Source: Thermoleophilia bacterium
GTDB taxonomy: Bacteria; Actinomycetota; Thermoleophilia; RBG-16-64-13
DNA: 64,000 bases
Direction: 5' to 3'
Assembly (NCBI GenBank): GCA_026415615.1
Contig: JAOAGT010000001.1
Coordinates: 421,455-485,454 of the forward strand
Shown: positions 45,195 through 55,475 of the stretch, one piece after another
Layout of the letters: every line of letters begins with the position of its first letter
How positions within the stretch are numbered: the first letter of the stretch is position 1
Translations under genes and position numbers: made by a program
The notes under the pieces: generated by a model
The model's database searches: none
What the model was told of the DNA's origin: nothing
The model's input: the letters and a program-made list of their open reading frames with translations, nothing else

Positions 45195-46445
45195 ATGTTT
45201 CTAGAACAGTCGCCCGCAGAGCTGTACGAAGAGCGGCGGAAACGTTTTGAGGCGGCGGTTCGCCTTGAGGTTCCGGACCGTGTGCCTCTGGAAATGCACT
45301 TCGGTTACTTCCCTGCTAAGTATTGCGGTATCCGTTACGACGCAGCCTACTACGACTACGACGCATGGCTTGCCGCCTGTAAGAAGACCTTGTTGGACTT
45401 TGGCGGCGATATGGTTGGAGTGCAGCCCTTCTTCCCCGGGCGAATTCTGGAGTTGGTCGACCCACGCGTGCTGCGTTGGCCTGGCCAAGGGGGCTCTCAG
45501 ATTCAGTCTCACCAGTTTATCGACGGGGAGTACATGAGGGAAAACGAGTACAGGCAGCTGCTCTCTGACCTTACTGGCTTTGTGCTCACCCGCTACATGC
45601 CGCGCATGTCTGGGGCGATGAGAGGCTTTGGCTGCGTTACGATGCTGCCCACGCCTGACATGGGTTACCGCTCTGTCATCCACCTGGCCGAGATTCTCAC
45701 CGATCCTGAGGTCGAGGCTTCTCTTGAGATTTTGCGCGAGATAGGCCGGGAGAGCAGGGCCTGGGGTCCCAAGTTAGTCGCTTTCGCTCAGGAGATTGAG
45801 GCTCTGGGCTTCCCGCCGTTTGCTGACAAATTTGCGCTGGCTCCGTATGACGTGATCGCCGATAATCTCCGCGGTATGCGGGGCACCATGATGGATCTTT
45901 ACAAGCATCCCGATGAGCTACTGGAGGCTTGCCAGGCTTTGCTCAAGGTTATGCTTGACCATATCGGGATGCCGGTGGAGGGAGCCATTAATCGCGTGAG
46001 CATACCGCTTCACTTCGGGTCTGAAGGTTTCTGCTCGCTTAAGCAGTTTGAGACGTTCTACTGGCCTACACTGCGAGATCTAGTGGTGGAGCTTGTGCGA
46101 CGTGGCTTCACGCCGTTGGTGATGACGGAGGGCGACTACACTTCCCGCCTTGAGTACCTTCTAGAGCTGCCCAAGGGCAAGGTTTTTGTGCATTTTGACG
46201 CAACGGACATGTTCAAGGCCAAAGACGTACTGGGGGGACATCTGTGTATCAGCGGCAACGTCCCGCTAACTCTGCTTGCGGCTGGTTCTCCCGAGGAAGT
46301 CCGGGAGTACGCCAAGCAACTGATCGACTACTGCGGGCGAGATGGGGGATTTGTAATGTCCCCACGGACCCCTGTGGACGACGCCAAGCCCGAAAACGTC
46401 AAAGCGTTGATAGACTTTACTATCGAATACGGGGTATACCGGTAG
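45195..46445 (+). CDS. Uroporphyrinogen-decarboxylase (URO-D) family protein (MtaA/CmuA-like fold), function unknown
   Basis: 416 aa from the ATG at 45195 (MFLEQSPAELYEERRKRFEAA...). URO-D-family C-terminal half (GFTPLVMTEGDYTSRLEYL...HLCISGNVP...GGFVMSP). The upstream 55 codons in the track are hydrophobic read-through. Confidence 0.6.
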   Translation: MFLEQSPAELYEERRKRFEAAVRLEVPDRVPLEMHFGYFPAKYCGIRYDAAYYDYDAWLAACKKTLLDFGGDMVGVQPFFPGRILELVDPRVLRWPGQGGSQIQSHQFIDGEYMRENEYRQLLSDLTGFVLTRYMPRMSGAMRGFGCVTMLPTPDMGYRSVIHLAEILTDPEVEASLEILREIGRESRAWGPKLVAFAQEIEALGFPPFADKFALAPYDVIADNLRGMRGTMMDLYKHPDELLEACQALLKVMLDHIGMPVEGAINRVSIPLHFGSEGFCSLKQFETFYWPTLRDLVVELVRRGFTPLVMTEGDYTSRLEYLLELPKGKVFVHFDATDMFKAKDVLGGHLCISGNVPLTLLAAGSPEEVREYAKQLIDYCGRDGGFVMSPRTPVDDAKPENVKALIDFTIEYGVYR

Positions 46446-46521
46446 GTGCCGTCAACTCTAGTGATACTCAAAGTTTCAACACGCGCCGTGGCTGTAGTGC
46501 CTGCAAGGTGAGAGGGCGGGG

Positions 46522-47481
46522 ATGATAACTTACATAATCCGACGATTGCTCTGGCTGATTGTAGTAGTGTTCCTAGTCTCCGTGATCGTGTTCTTCTCCA
46601 TCCGGCTGCTTCCTGGGGACCCGGTGCTCATTTACGCCGCGCAGCTTCAGTCGGGAGGAAGCATCACTCAGGAGCAGCTAGAAAAACTGCGAGTGGAACA
46701 CGGCCTGGACAAACCGGTTATTGTCCAGTTCGCAAACTGGCTGGGGGGCATCTTTAAGGGAAATCTGGGCAAGTCAATTCGCTACCATGACGATGTGGGC
46801 AAGCTCCTAGCCCAGAAGTACCCCGTGACCATATACCTCGGCATTGTGTCGATGATCGTGGCTACGCTGTTTGGCATCTTCTTCGGGCTGATGGCCGCGA
46901 TTCGCCGAGGAACGTGGATAGACTCTGTGGTGACCGTACTGTCGTATATCGGACTTTGCATCCCGGTATTCCTGCTAGCCTTTGCATTGATCTACGTCTT
47001 TGCTCTTAAGCTGGATTTGCTCCCGATTGTGGGATATACGCATCCGTGGGTTAACTACTGGACCAGTGTGAAGCAGTCCATCATGCCCGTTATTTGCCTG
47101 GCGGTTACTCCAATGGCTGTAACAGCCAGGCAGATGAGATCGAGCGTGCTCGAAGTCGCCAATATGGACTACATACGGACCGCGTGGTCAAAGGGTCTTC
47201 GGGAAAGACTGGTGGTAACGAGACATATTCTCAAGAACAGCCTAATCCCGGTGATCACGTCGGTTGGTATTGGCGTCGGTCTGATCTTTGGTGGATCAGT
47301 CATCATCGAAAGCATCTTCGCAATTCCCGGCGTGGGTCAACTTCTGGTAAACAGCATCTTTGCTCGTGACTACGTGGTAATCCAGAGCGGGACTCTGGTG
47401 GTGGCTTTCGCGGTGATCTTGGTCAATCTCATCGTGGACATTTCGTACGGCTGGCTCGATCCGAGGATACGCTATGAGTGA
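46522..47481 (+). CDS. ABC transporter permease (OppB/DppB family)
   Basis: N-terminal YIIRRLLWLIVVVF and an EAA-loop region (DYIRTAWSKGLRERLVV). Confidence 0.85.
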   Translation: MITYIIRRLLWLIVVVFLVSVIVFFSIRLLPGDPVLIYAAQLQSGGSITQEQLEKLRVEHGLDKPVIVQFANWLGGIFKGNLGKSIRYHDDVGKLLAQKYPVTIYLGIVSMIVATLFGIFFGLMAAIRRGTWIDSVVTVLSYIGLCIPVFLLAFALIYVFALKLDLLPIVGYTHPWVNYWTSVKQSIMPVICLAVTPMAVTARQMRSSVLEVANMDYIRTAWSKGLRERLVVTRHILKNSLIPVITSVGIGVGLIFGGSVIIESIFAIPGVGQLLVNSIFARDYVVIQSGTLVVAFAVILVNLIVDISYGWLDPRIRYE

Positions 47482-48373
47482 GATCTCAACTACAGCTCAG
47501 GGACTACAATCCATCGAAGCTCCCCACGTCAGTGAGTGGAAACGCTTCCTGCGCGTGTTCTTCCAGCGCAAGTTGGTGGTGCTGGGTGTTGTGGTGCTCG
47601 TGATCTGGGTCGTTGTGGCGATTTTTGCTCCCTGGATTGCCCCTCATGACCCCTACAAGAACAACATGTCCATGGCGCTTAAACCGCCCAGCGCCGAGTA
47701 TCCACTTGGCACTGATAGCCTAGGACGATGTGCGCTTAGCCGTCTCATTTACGGAACGAGGACGGCTTTGTACGTGGGCTTTGGGACGGTGGTTGTGTCG
47801 GCCATCGCTGGCATGATTCTCGGCTTGCTGGCTGGTTACATAGGTGGGGCCGTCAACACCGTGATCATGCGGGTCATGGACGCTCTAATGGGATTCCCCA
47901 TGTTGGTGTTGGCCTTGCTGTTGGCCTCAGTGTTGGGAGGGGGCCTTCACAACGTGATAATCGCCCTGGCAATTGCAACCGTGCCTGGTTATACCCGTCT
48001 TATGTGCGCGCAGACTCTGAGCGTAAAAGAAAACGAATACATCATGGCGGCTCGGGCGGTTGGCTCTAAAAGCTTTAGAACAATGATTCGCCATGTTTTC
48101 CCGAATGCGTTCCAGCCGCTCTTGGTGATGATCACCACAATGCTGGGAAGCGTCATCCTGGCGGAAGCAGGTCTTAGCTTTATAGGAATCGGTATACAGC
48201 CGCCAGGCGCAGCATGGGGGAGCATGGCTGCAGATGGCTACCGCTATCTAGAATCATATCCTCTGCTTTCGTTTGCTCCGTCTCTAGCCATCATGATCGT
48301 GGTGTTTGCTCTCAACATGGTGGGCGACGGGTTGCGTGACGCACTTGATCCAAGGCTTCGGGGGACGCTGTGA
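47474..48373 (+). CDS. ABC transporter permease (OppC/DppC family)
   Basis: Six-TM permease with an EAA loop (ENEYIMAARAVGSKSFRTM). Confidence 0.85.
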   Translation: MSEISTTAQGLQSIEAPHVSEWKRFLRVFFQRKLVVLGVVVLVIWVVVAIFAPWIAPHDPYKNNMSMALKPPSAEYPLGTDSLGRCALSRLIYGTRTALYVGFGTVVVSAIAGMILGLLAGYIGGAVNTVIMRVMDALMGFPMLVLALLLASVLGGGLHNVIIALAIATVPGYTRLMCAQTLSVKENEYIMAARAVGSKSFRTMIRHVFPNAFQPLLVMITTMLGSVILAEAGLSFIGIGIQPPGAAWGSMAADGYRYLESYPLLSFAPSLAIMIVVFALNMVGDGLRDALDPRLRGTL

Positions 48374-49416
48374 CAACGACGGTTACAACCACATTAGAGC
48401 AAGCTGGGTGCGAGCGTGATCTTGGGATCAAGGAAGAGCTGCTCCAGGTCAAAAACTTGGTGACGGAGTTCCGCACCGAGGGAGGCATTGTCAAGGCTGT
48501 TAACGGTGTCTCCTATCACGTGGACACCCACGAGATCGTGGGTATGGTGGGTGAAAGCGGCTGCGGTAAGACGGTCTCTCAGCTCTCAGTACTCCAGTTG
48601 ATTAGAAATCCCGGCAGAATTGTGGGGGGCGAAGTTTGGTTTGAAGGCCGGAACCTCCTGGCGTACAAGCCTAACAGCCCTGAGATGCGGGCGGTCCGCG
48701 GGGCCAAGATAGGCATGATTTTCCAAGAGCCCATGACTTCGCTTAACCCCACGATGACCATCGGTCGTCAGTTGATGGAGGGTTTGGAGCTTCACCTGGG
48801 CATGAGTAAGCGGGAAGCTCGCGAGCGGGCGATCGAGCTTCTTCAGCTGGTGGGAATTCCTAGTCCAGAAAGCCGCCTGGAGGACTACCCGCATCAGTTC
48901 AGTGGAGGCATGCGCCAGCGGGTCATGATAGCCATTGGAGTGTCGTGCAATCCCAAATTGGTGATTGCAGATGAGCCCACCACTTCATTGGATGTTACTA
49001 CTCAGGCCCAGCTGCTTGAGCTCATGCTCAAGGTGATTGAGGAAGTCAAAGGCTCGCTTGTGTTGGTGACGCACAACCTAGGCGTTGTAGCTCGCTACGC
49101 GCAGCGCATCTACATCATGTACGCGGGCAAGATTGTGGAAGAAGGTACTTGTCGTGACATTTTCTACCGGCCCAGCCATCCGTACACATTAGGTTTGCTT
49201 AAGAGCGTACCAAGACTGGACGAGAGCCCGGGTAGACGTCTGGTGCCCATCGAGGGCAAGCCGCCGGATTTGATCAACTTGCCTCCAACATGTGCGTTCT
49301 TGCCGCGCTGTCCAGAGGCGGGCGAGCGGTGTCGGCAGGAGCCGTGGCCCGAGCTTGTCGAGGTGGACGGCGCTGGCCATCGGGTACGTTGCTATATGCG
49401 CGGCAAGGGGGCGTAG
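48370..49416 (+). CDS. ABC transporter ATP-binding protein (OppD/DppD family)
   Basis: Walker A GESGCGKT, signature FSGGMRQR, and a C-terminal oligopeptide-ABC Cys-rich extension. Confidence 0.85.
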   Translation: MTTTVTTTLEQAGCERDLGIKEELLQVKNLVTEFRTEGGIVKAVNGVSYHVDTHEIVGMVGESGCGKTVSQLSVLQLIRNPGRIVGGEVWFEGRNLLAYKPNSPEMRAVRGAKIGMIFQEPMTSLNPTMTIGRQLMEGLELHLGMSKREARERAIELLQLVGIPSPESRLEDYPHQFSGGMRQRVMIAIGVSCNPKLVIADEPTTSLDVTTQAQLLELMLKVIEEVKGSLVLVTHNLGVVARYAQRIYIMYAGKIVEEGTCRDIFYRPSHPYTLGLLKSVPRLDESPGRRLVPIEGKPPDLINLPPTCAFLPRCPEAGERCRQEPWPELVEVDGAGHRVRCYMRGKGA

Positions 49417-49418
49417 AG

Positions 49419-50492
49419 ATGGCAGAAGTGCAGGAAAAGCAGGTTCTTGCCGAGAAGCCGGTCAGCTCTACTAGCGATACCGGCTCCACTAACAACCTCC
49501 TCCTCGAGGTGGACTCGCTTAAGATGTACTTCCCCATCCGGCGAGGCCTCCTCAAGCGGAAAGTGGGAGAGGTAAAGGCTGTAGACGGAGTCTCCTTCAC
49601 TATGAAGCGGGGCGAGACTCTTGGTCTGGTGGGTGAAAGCGGGTGCGGCAAGACCACTGTGGGGCGGTGCATAAGCCGTCTTTACACTCCTACCGGCGGG
49701 CGGATTATGTTTGACCACATAGACATTTCGTCTATGTCGGAAAAAGAATTCTGGCCTTTGCGTCGCCGGATCTCGGTGATCTTCCAGGATCCCTACGGGT
49801 CGCTGGATCCTCGGCAAACGGCGGGGAGCATTGTGGGCGAACCGCTTAAGGTGCACAAGCTGGTCAAAGATAAAAAGGAGTACTTCGAGCGCGTAGAGCA
49901 GCTCTTCGTAAAAGTTGGCCTAGACCCAAAGCTAATGTCGCGCTACCCCCACGAGTTCAGCGGTGGTCAGCGCCAACGCATAGGCATTGCTCGGGCGCTA
50001 GCGGCTGATCCCAGCCTGATCATCTGCGACGAACCTGTATCTGCGCTCGACGTATCTATTCAAGCCCAGATCATCAACCTCCTGATGGATCTTAAGGAGG
50101 GCATATCAGGGCTGAGCTACATTTTCATCGCCCACGATCTTTCTGTGGTCAAGCATTTCAGCGACCGCATTGCGGTCATGTACCTAGGAAGAATTGTCGA
50201 GATAACCACGCCCACCGAGCTTTACAGCAATCCTCTGCATCCATACACCCAAGCGCTGTTGTCGGCGGTGTGCGTGCCTGACCCGGATGTAGAGGCGACT
50301 CGGGAACGAATAGTTTTGGAGGGTGAAGTGCCAAGCCCGGTTAATCCTCCTTCGGGTTGCACCTTCCATCCTCGTTGTCCTTATGCGTTGCCAGAATGCA
50401 GCAAAACCATTCCTCAGCTTGAAGAGATTGAACAGGATCATCAGGTAGCCTGCTTGGTGGTCAGCAGGAAAGAGGGTGAAAAACGTGGGTGA
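49419..50492 (+). CDS. ABC transporter ATP-binding protein (OppF/DppF family)
   Basis: Start at the ATG at 49419 (MAEVQEK...). Walker A GESGCGKT, signature FSGGQRQR. Confidence 0.85.
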   Translation: MAEVQEKQVLAEKPVSSTSDTGSTNNLLLEVDSLKMYFPIRRGLLKRKVGEVKAVDGVSFTMKRGETLGLVGESGCGKTTVGRCISRLYTPTGGRIMFDHIDISSMSEKEFWPLRRRISVIFQDPYGSLDPRQTAGSIVGEPLKVHKLVKDKKEYFERVEQLFVKVGLDPKLMSRYPHEFSGGQRQRIGIARALAADPSLIICDEPVSALDVSIQAQIINLLMDLKEGISGLSYIFIAHDLSVVKHFSDRIAVMYLGRIVEITTPTELYSNPLHPYTQALLSAVCVPDPDVEATRERIVLEGEVPSPVNPPSGCTFHPRCPYALPECSKTIPQLEEIEQDHQVACLVVSRKEGEKRG

Positions 50493-51507
50493 GTATCTCA
50501 AGGGAAAAGTTGTTGTGGTGACTGGGTCCGGTCGCGGGATCGGTCGGGCTATCGCCATTGGCATGGCGGCCGAGGGTGCCAAAGTGGTCACCAACAGTCG
50601 CAAGCCCGGCTCTACCGGGACGGCGCTCCTGAGCGAGCGGCACCTGGCAGCGTTAAGTCCAGAAGATCGCGCTCGTGTGGAGCAAGAGCTTGAGGCGCTT
50701 ACCGGCGACGCCGAAACCACGGCGGAGGCTATCCGCAAGGCAGGAGGCGAGGCGGTTGCGTTTTTTGGCGATATTTCTGACTTTAAAGTGGCGGGAGAGC
50801 TTATTAAGACCGCTGTGGACACCTTTGGGGGTGTCGACGTGCTGGTTAATGTGGCGGGCACCTTTGGCTTTTCCCCAATTTGGGAGCTTTCCGAAGAGCT
50901 ATGGGACAAGGTTACGCGGGTAAAACCAAAGGGCTACTTCAACACTATCCGCCACGCTGTGCCCTACATGATGGAGAAACGCTGGGGCCGGATTCTCAAC
51001 TGCACTTCGCGGGCTTTCTTTGGTGATACTTTAAGACATGCTGAGTACTGCGCCGCAAATGCCGGGGTTGTGGGGCTGACCCGAGCAGTGGCTATTGAGC
51101 TTTTCCCTTACGGAATCACCTGCAACGCTTTCTCTCCTTGGGCCTATACGCGGGCTTCCGTTGAGCTTGAGGCGCATGAACTCGCCGCTTCTCCGGAGGA
51201 AAGAGCCTGGGTGGACGAGGGGTTCAATTTTCCGGCCTCTATTACTCCGGGGCCTGAATACGTGGTTCCCTTCCTTGTCTTCCTGGCCAGTGACGCTGCG
51301 GCTGACGTGAGTGGTTCGATATTTGAGATGGGTGGCAACCGCATCGCTCTATACTCCGAGCCCAAAACCGCGCACACGATGTACAAGCAGGACCCGGCGC
51401 CGTGGACCGTAGATGAAATAGTTCAGCATGCTCGCATGGGAATCCTAGCTGGGTATCAGACGTCGGTAGCGGTCAAGCCGCCCAGAAGCAGCGGCGAGTC
51501 AAGCTGA
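50476..51507 (+). CDS. SDR-family oxidoreductase (long form, 343 aa)
   Basis: [18 protein letters not shown] Rossmann motif. GTG start overlapping the preceding ATPase gene. Confidence 0.75.
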   Translation: MKNVGEYLKGKVVVVTGSGRGIGRAIAIGMAAEGAKVVTNSRKPGSTGTALLSERHLAALSPEDRARVEQELEALTGDAETTAEAIRKAGGEAVAFFGDISDFKVAGELIKTAVDTFGGVDVLVNVAGTFGFSPIWELSEELWDKVTRVKPKGYFNTIRHAVPYMMEKRWGRILNCTSRAFFGDTLRHAEYCAANAGVVGLTRAVAIELFPYGITCNAFSPWAYTRASVELEAHELAASPEERAWVDEGFNFPASITPGPEYVVPFLVFLASDAAADVSGSIFEMGGNRIALYSEPKTAHTMYKQDPAPWTVDEIVQHARMGILAGYQTSVAVKPPRSSGESS

Positions 51508-51633
51508 CCTTGTTTTCTGGGGGTAGTACTTCGAGTCTGAGCTAGGCTCTTTGGATTTTCTTGTGAGAAACACCGAGCCCAGAGTTGGGTTCAACGCTTC
51601 GGTCTGTGAAGTTTTGGGCGTAAGGAGTGAGCC

Positions 51634-52299
51634 ATGAACGTGATTGAGGCCATCCGGGCAAGAAAATCTGTAAGAGCTTTCCGGCCAGATCCCATACCCA
51701 AAGAGACCCTGCTTGCCATTCTTGAGGCTGCCAACTGGTCGCCCTCTTGGGCCGATACGCAGCCCTGGGAAGTTTATGTGGCTGCGGGTGAGGTTGTTGA
51801 GCGGATTCGAAAGCGGTTCCTTGAGCGTTACGAGGCAGGCGTACCCCCAGCCAACGACATTCCGCGCCCGACTGACTGGCCCTCTGGGCCAAAGCAGCGG
51901 ATGCTTGACTTCATTGCCGCTCGGGCGGCGGCTCTAGGCTTTGTTCCTGGCGACGAAGAGGAGCGTGCCCGGAGTATGCGCCGCAATTTTGAGTTTTTTG
52001 GCGCCCCGGTGGTGGTTTATCTCTGCCTACATAAGGATCTTTCCCCGTGGTCTTACTTTGATCTCGGGCTATATGCGCAAAGTGTGATGCTCGCAGCTTT
52101 AGAGCACTCCGTAGGCTCGGTGGTGGCGGTCAACCTAGCCGCGTATCCGGACATTCTCCGGGAGGAGCTGGGCATCCCGGATGAATACGCTGTCATGATA
52201 GGAATTGCTCTCGGCTACGAAGACCCCGATGCCGAAGTCAACAAGGTACGAAGCATCCGACGGCCTGTCGAGCAGGCAGTGACTTTCAAAGGTATCTAG
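51634..52299 (+). CDS. Nitroreductase-family protein
   Basis: ARKSVRAFRPDPIPKETLLAILEAANWSPSWADTQPW. AAGGAG RBS. Confidence 0.8.
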   Translation: MNVIEAIRARKSVRAFRPDPIPKETLLAILEAANWSPSWADTQPWEVYVAAGEVVERIRKRFLERYEAGVPPANDIPRPTDWPSGPKQRMLDFIAARAAALGFVPGDEEERARSMRRNFEFFGAPVVVYLCLHKDLSPWSYFDLGLYAQSVMLAALEHSVGSVVAVNLAAYPDILREELGIPDEYAVMIGIALGYEDPDAEVNKVRSIRRPVEQAVTFKGI

Positions 52300-52604
52300 C
52301 AGATCTCGCAAGCTTTTGAGCAAGAAGGTTGTGACTGGAACCTTCAGAGGATCACAAGCTACGAGCACAAACCTAGGGAAAACACGTGGGAGGTGGTGCA
52401 CTGGAACAAGGGGGAACAGGCTTTGGCGTTGCTTCGCGATTAGGGCGCATTAGTCTGCGTATATCTAGAGACGCACCTGTATAGACTGACACACATTGTC
52501 TAGATAACTTCTTGCGCAGAGTGGCTAAGGCTTGTATAGTGAGGCTCAAGATTTCTCAGGCTCAGCCTTGGCGTATATGTGCGCACAAAGTGGGAGGAGC
52601 TGAA

Positions 52605-53066
52605 TTGGAAAAGCTGGAGAAATCGCCCTACAGAAAGTATTTTCGCATCGGCGAAGAGATCAAGATTCCGTCCCATCCGCATGAGCATGAAGTACCCAGC
52701 CCCGCAATCTTTTTGGTTGGCACAGACGTAAAAGAGAGCAAGGGTTTCCGCATCGCGACTTTTGCTATTACTCAGCCTTTCACAATGGTCCACGAGACCC
52801 ATACTCACGACTTCGACCAGTATTTGTCTTTTTTTGGCGGGGACATGCGCAACATGCTGGACCTCGGCGGAGAGGTTGAGTTCACTATAGGCGACCCCGA
52901 CGGGGAGCTTGAGACCTTTGTGTTTACAGTGCCGTTTATGGTCCACATACCGCCGGGAGTCCGCCACTGTCCGCTTCGGTACACCAAGGTGTACGACCCA
53001 GCTAAGCCAATCATCCACCAGGACCTGGTCTTCACGGGAGAGTACATTCGCAAGCCTTCTTCTTAG
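52605..53066 (+). CDS. Single-cupin protein, paralog of the bicupin at 43900..44880
   Basis: Shares the module ...FVFTVPFMVHIPPGVRHCPLRY with the bicupin halves. Start set at the TTG at 52605, preceded by GGGAGGAG; the track ORF starts at 52512. Confidence 0.5.
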   Translation: MEKLEKSPYRKYFRIGEEIKIPSHPHEHEVPSPAIFLVGTDVKESKGFRIATFAITQPFTMVHETHTHDFDQYLSFFGGDMRNMLDLGGEVEFTIGDPDGELETFVFTVPFMVHIPPGVRHCPLRYTKVYDPAKPIIHQDLVFTGEYIRKPSS

Positions 53067-53210
53067 ACAGGGGCTGAAGCAAAGGGGGTGAGAACGGAAA
53101 TAACGACATAGGCGACTTGGAGCTTTCGTACACGAGGCGCGAAACAGGCGTCTCGCCTGGCGAAAGACAACAAGGAAGTACGATCGCAGACTCAGAACGG
53201 GGGTAAAAGA

Positions 53211-54863
53211 GTGAGGAGGAAGACAGCAAAAGCAGCGTGGCTTGTTGGGATCATTCTTCTGGTCGGGCTGCTCACGGTTTTGGTAGCTGCCTGCGGCGAG
53301 GAAGAGACTACAACTACCACCGCGGCTCCTGCTACTACTGCCACCACTAGTGGGGGGACAACTGAGACCACTGCCGCCGAAAGCACCACCACAAGCGCTG
53401 CTGGCCCGCAGCCAGTTTATGGTGGCGTTTTGCGTCTCATTCACAACTCACCAGCTCAGGTTCTAGGCTACTGGCCCGAGCAAGGTCCTGTAGATGAGGC
53501 CGCGGTGTTCCCCGGTGTGGAGCGCATCATGCGGTTTGCGCCGGGCCGCACGTTGGTGCCTGACCTGGCAAAAGAGGTCACGGAGGATCCTGATGGTTTG
53601 ACCATCACGGTCAAGCTCAATGAGGGCATTCTCTTCCACGATGGTACCGAGCTGACGGCAGAGGTAGCCAAGTGGAACTACGACCTGGCAGCTCCTACTG
53701 GGAAGCTCCAGTTCGCAGATGCCATCAAAGAGTTTGAGATTGTTGATAAGTACACTTATGTCCTGCACCTGAACTACTGGCACAACCAGTTGCTGCAGTC
53801 GCTGGCCTGGGTGCCCATGTATTCCAAGGAAGCCTACGAGAAGAATGGCGGCCAGGAGTGGGCTCGGACTCACTGCGTAGGTACGGGTCCGTTCATTCTC
53901 AAGGAGTTCAACCGTGACCAGAATATGATCTGGGAAAAGAACCCCAACTACTGGCGCAAGGGCCAGCCCTACCTGGACGGTGTCGAAGTCACCTACATCA
54001 TGGACTCCACTACTGCTGCGGCTATGATGGAGGCGGGACAGGCTGACATTTGGCAGTCGGCAAACGCCCAGGAGCGGTCCGAGATGCTCAAGAAGGGCTT
54101 CAAGGTGCAGTCTGGATGGGCTGGTTTCCAGTTCCACCTGATGCCGAACACCAAGGATCCGAACTCGCCGTTCAAGGATCAGAGAGTGCGCGAAGCGGTG
54201 GAGTATGCGCTTGACAAGCCGGCCATCTGCGAGGCCATCGGTTACGGTTTCTACGAACCCATCTACGCTGTTTCTCCTCCGGGCGAGTGGGGTAGTGATC
54301 GTATCGTGGTCAAGCGTGAGTACAATCCCGAAAAGGCTAAGCAGCTCTTGGCCGAGGCTGGCTATGGTAACGGGCTTGCCATCGACCTGCTTGCTCCGAT
54401 CGAAGCTGGTGGCCGCAACACTGGGGCCGAGGCGGTCAAGGGATACTTGGATGCTGCCGGTTTCATTACCAACATCGACATTGCTGATCCGGGTCGGTTC
54501 TACGGATCGGTGTTTGGAACCGGTTGGAAGGACCTTGCTCTCATGTTCAGCGGCAACGACGTGACTTATCTCATGTCTGCCTGCGCTTGGTGGGGTCCGC
54601 AGCCCAAGACCAACCTGGCCAGCTTCGAGCGTCCTGAAGAGTTCAAGGCTCTGTTTGATAAAGCTCTCATGGCTCGCGATCTCAAGGAGCAGGAGAAGCT
54701 AACTGGCGACATTGTTGCTTACATGAACGAGCACGCTCTCATGATCCCGTTGTTCCATTACCCAGCGGCTATCGTGTGCCAGAACTACGTGCACACCGAG
54801 TACCCGATGGAGGGTGGCTTTGTGCGCTGGTCCTGGAACGAGACGTGGATGGAGGCTCACTGA
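53211..54863 (+). CDS. ABC transporter substrate-binding lipoprotein, family 5 (OppA/DppA/NikA-like)
   Basis: Lipobox LVAAC, Thr-rich linker GEEETTTTTAAPATTATTSGGTTETTAAESTTTSAAG, then the SBP_bac_5 fold. GTG start. Confidence 0.8.
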   Translation: MRRKTAKAAWLVGIILLVGLLTVLVAACGEEETTTTTAAPATTATTSGGTTETTAAESTTTSAAGPQPVYGGVLRLIHNSPAQVLGYWPEQGPVDEAAVFPGVERIMRFAPGRTLVPDLAKEVTEDPDGLTITVKLNEGILFHDGTELTAEVAKWNYDLAAPTGKLQFADAIKEFEIVDKYTYVLHLNYWHNQLLQSLAWVPMYSKEAYEKNGGQEWARTHCVGTGPFILKEFNRDQNMIWEKNPNYWRKGQPYLDGVEVTYIMDSTTAAAMMEAGQADIWQSANAQERSEMLKKGFKVQSGWAGFQFHLMPNTKDPNSPFKDQRVREAVEYALDKPAICEAIGYGFYEPIYAVSPPGEWGSDRIVVKREYNPEKAKQLLAEAGYGNGLAIDLLAPIEAGGRNTGAEAVKGYLDAAGFITNIDIADPGRFYGSVFGTGWKDLALMFSGNDVTYLMSACAWWGPQPKTNLASFERPEEFKALFDKALMARDLKEQEKLTGDIVAYMNEHALMIPLFHYPAAIVCQNYVHTEYPMEGGFVRWSWNETWMEAH

Positions 54864-54927
54864 GTTAGGCGTGTTCGGGCATGCTCGGATGAGCTAGCCT
54901 GGCAAGTTGATGGCTTGTAGGCAACCA

Positions 54928-54967
54928 GGCCCGGCCCGCCCCAGCGGCGGGCCGGGCCCTTTTGTTC
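54928..54967 (+). terminator. Rho-independent terminator after the SBP gene
   Basis: GGCCCGGCCCGCC-ccagc-GGCGGGCCGGGCC followed by CTTTTGTT. Confidence 0.8.
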
Positions 54968-55032
54968 AGGACAAGTTCAGGTTCCCCTCGGCATACTAAT
55001 CACGATTTCTCCACGCCAAGAAGGGAGGCGCC

Positions 55033-55305
55033 ATGCGCGTGCTCGAAAGTACAACGGCCCTTCAGCAAGAGATCTTGCGGGTCACGTACGAGCTAGCCGG
55101 GGGGGAGGCGAGAAAACCTGTCTTCTTTGGCGACTTGCGTTCGGATTTGGACGCGACAGCGGAAGAGGTCGAAAGAGCCTGCGAATTTTGGGCCGAACGG
55201 GGCATCCTTGACTGGGTGACTCTTGGTCACGTGGCTCTCACGCACATGGGAGTACGAAGGGCTGAGAGGCTGGCTGCGAGAGGATGGTCTTTGGCGCCGT
55301 TCTAG
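55033..55305 (+). CDS. Small hypothetical protein (90 aa), stand-alone transcription unit
   Basis: AAGGGAGG RBS 7 nt before the ATG. Flanked by intrinsic terminators on both sides. Sequence: MRVLESTTALQQEILRVTYELAGGEARKPVFFGDLRSDL.... Confidence 0.5.
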   Translation: MRVLESTTALQQEILRVTYELAGGEARKPVFFGDLRSDLDATAEEVERACEFWAERGILDWVTLGHVALTHMGVRRAERLAARGWSLAPF

Positions 55306-55355
55306 CACTACTTATGCGGTTGGCTGGTAGTTTCGTCTGACCCCCTAATCCCCGA

Positions 55356-55394
55356 GCCTGACGCCCCGACTAGTCGGGGCGTCAGGCTTTTTAG
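55356..55394 (+). terminator. Rho-independent terminator after the small ORF
   Basis: Near-perfect palindrome GCCTGACGCCCCGAC-ta-GTCGGGGCGTCAGGC followed by TTTTTAG. Confidence 0.8.
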
Positions 55395-55475
55395 CGGGCG
55401 CGGGATTTTACAAGTGTGGGATAATACGGGTCACATCAAGCCTCGGCGGTGCCGCAGGCAAGGGGGTTGGTTCTT

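Noticed and set aside
49290-49418. Upstream extension of the OppF-like ORF
   Set aside because: Arg/Gly-rich read-through of the preceding gene's 3' end. The ATG at 49419 follows the stop of the upstream ATPase gene.
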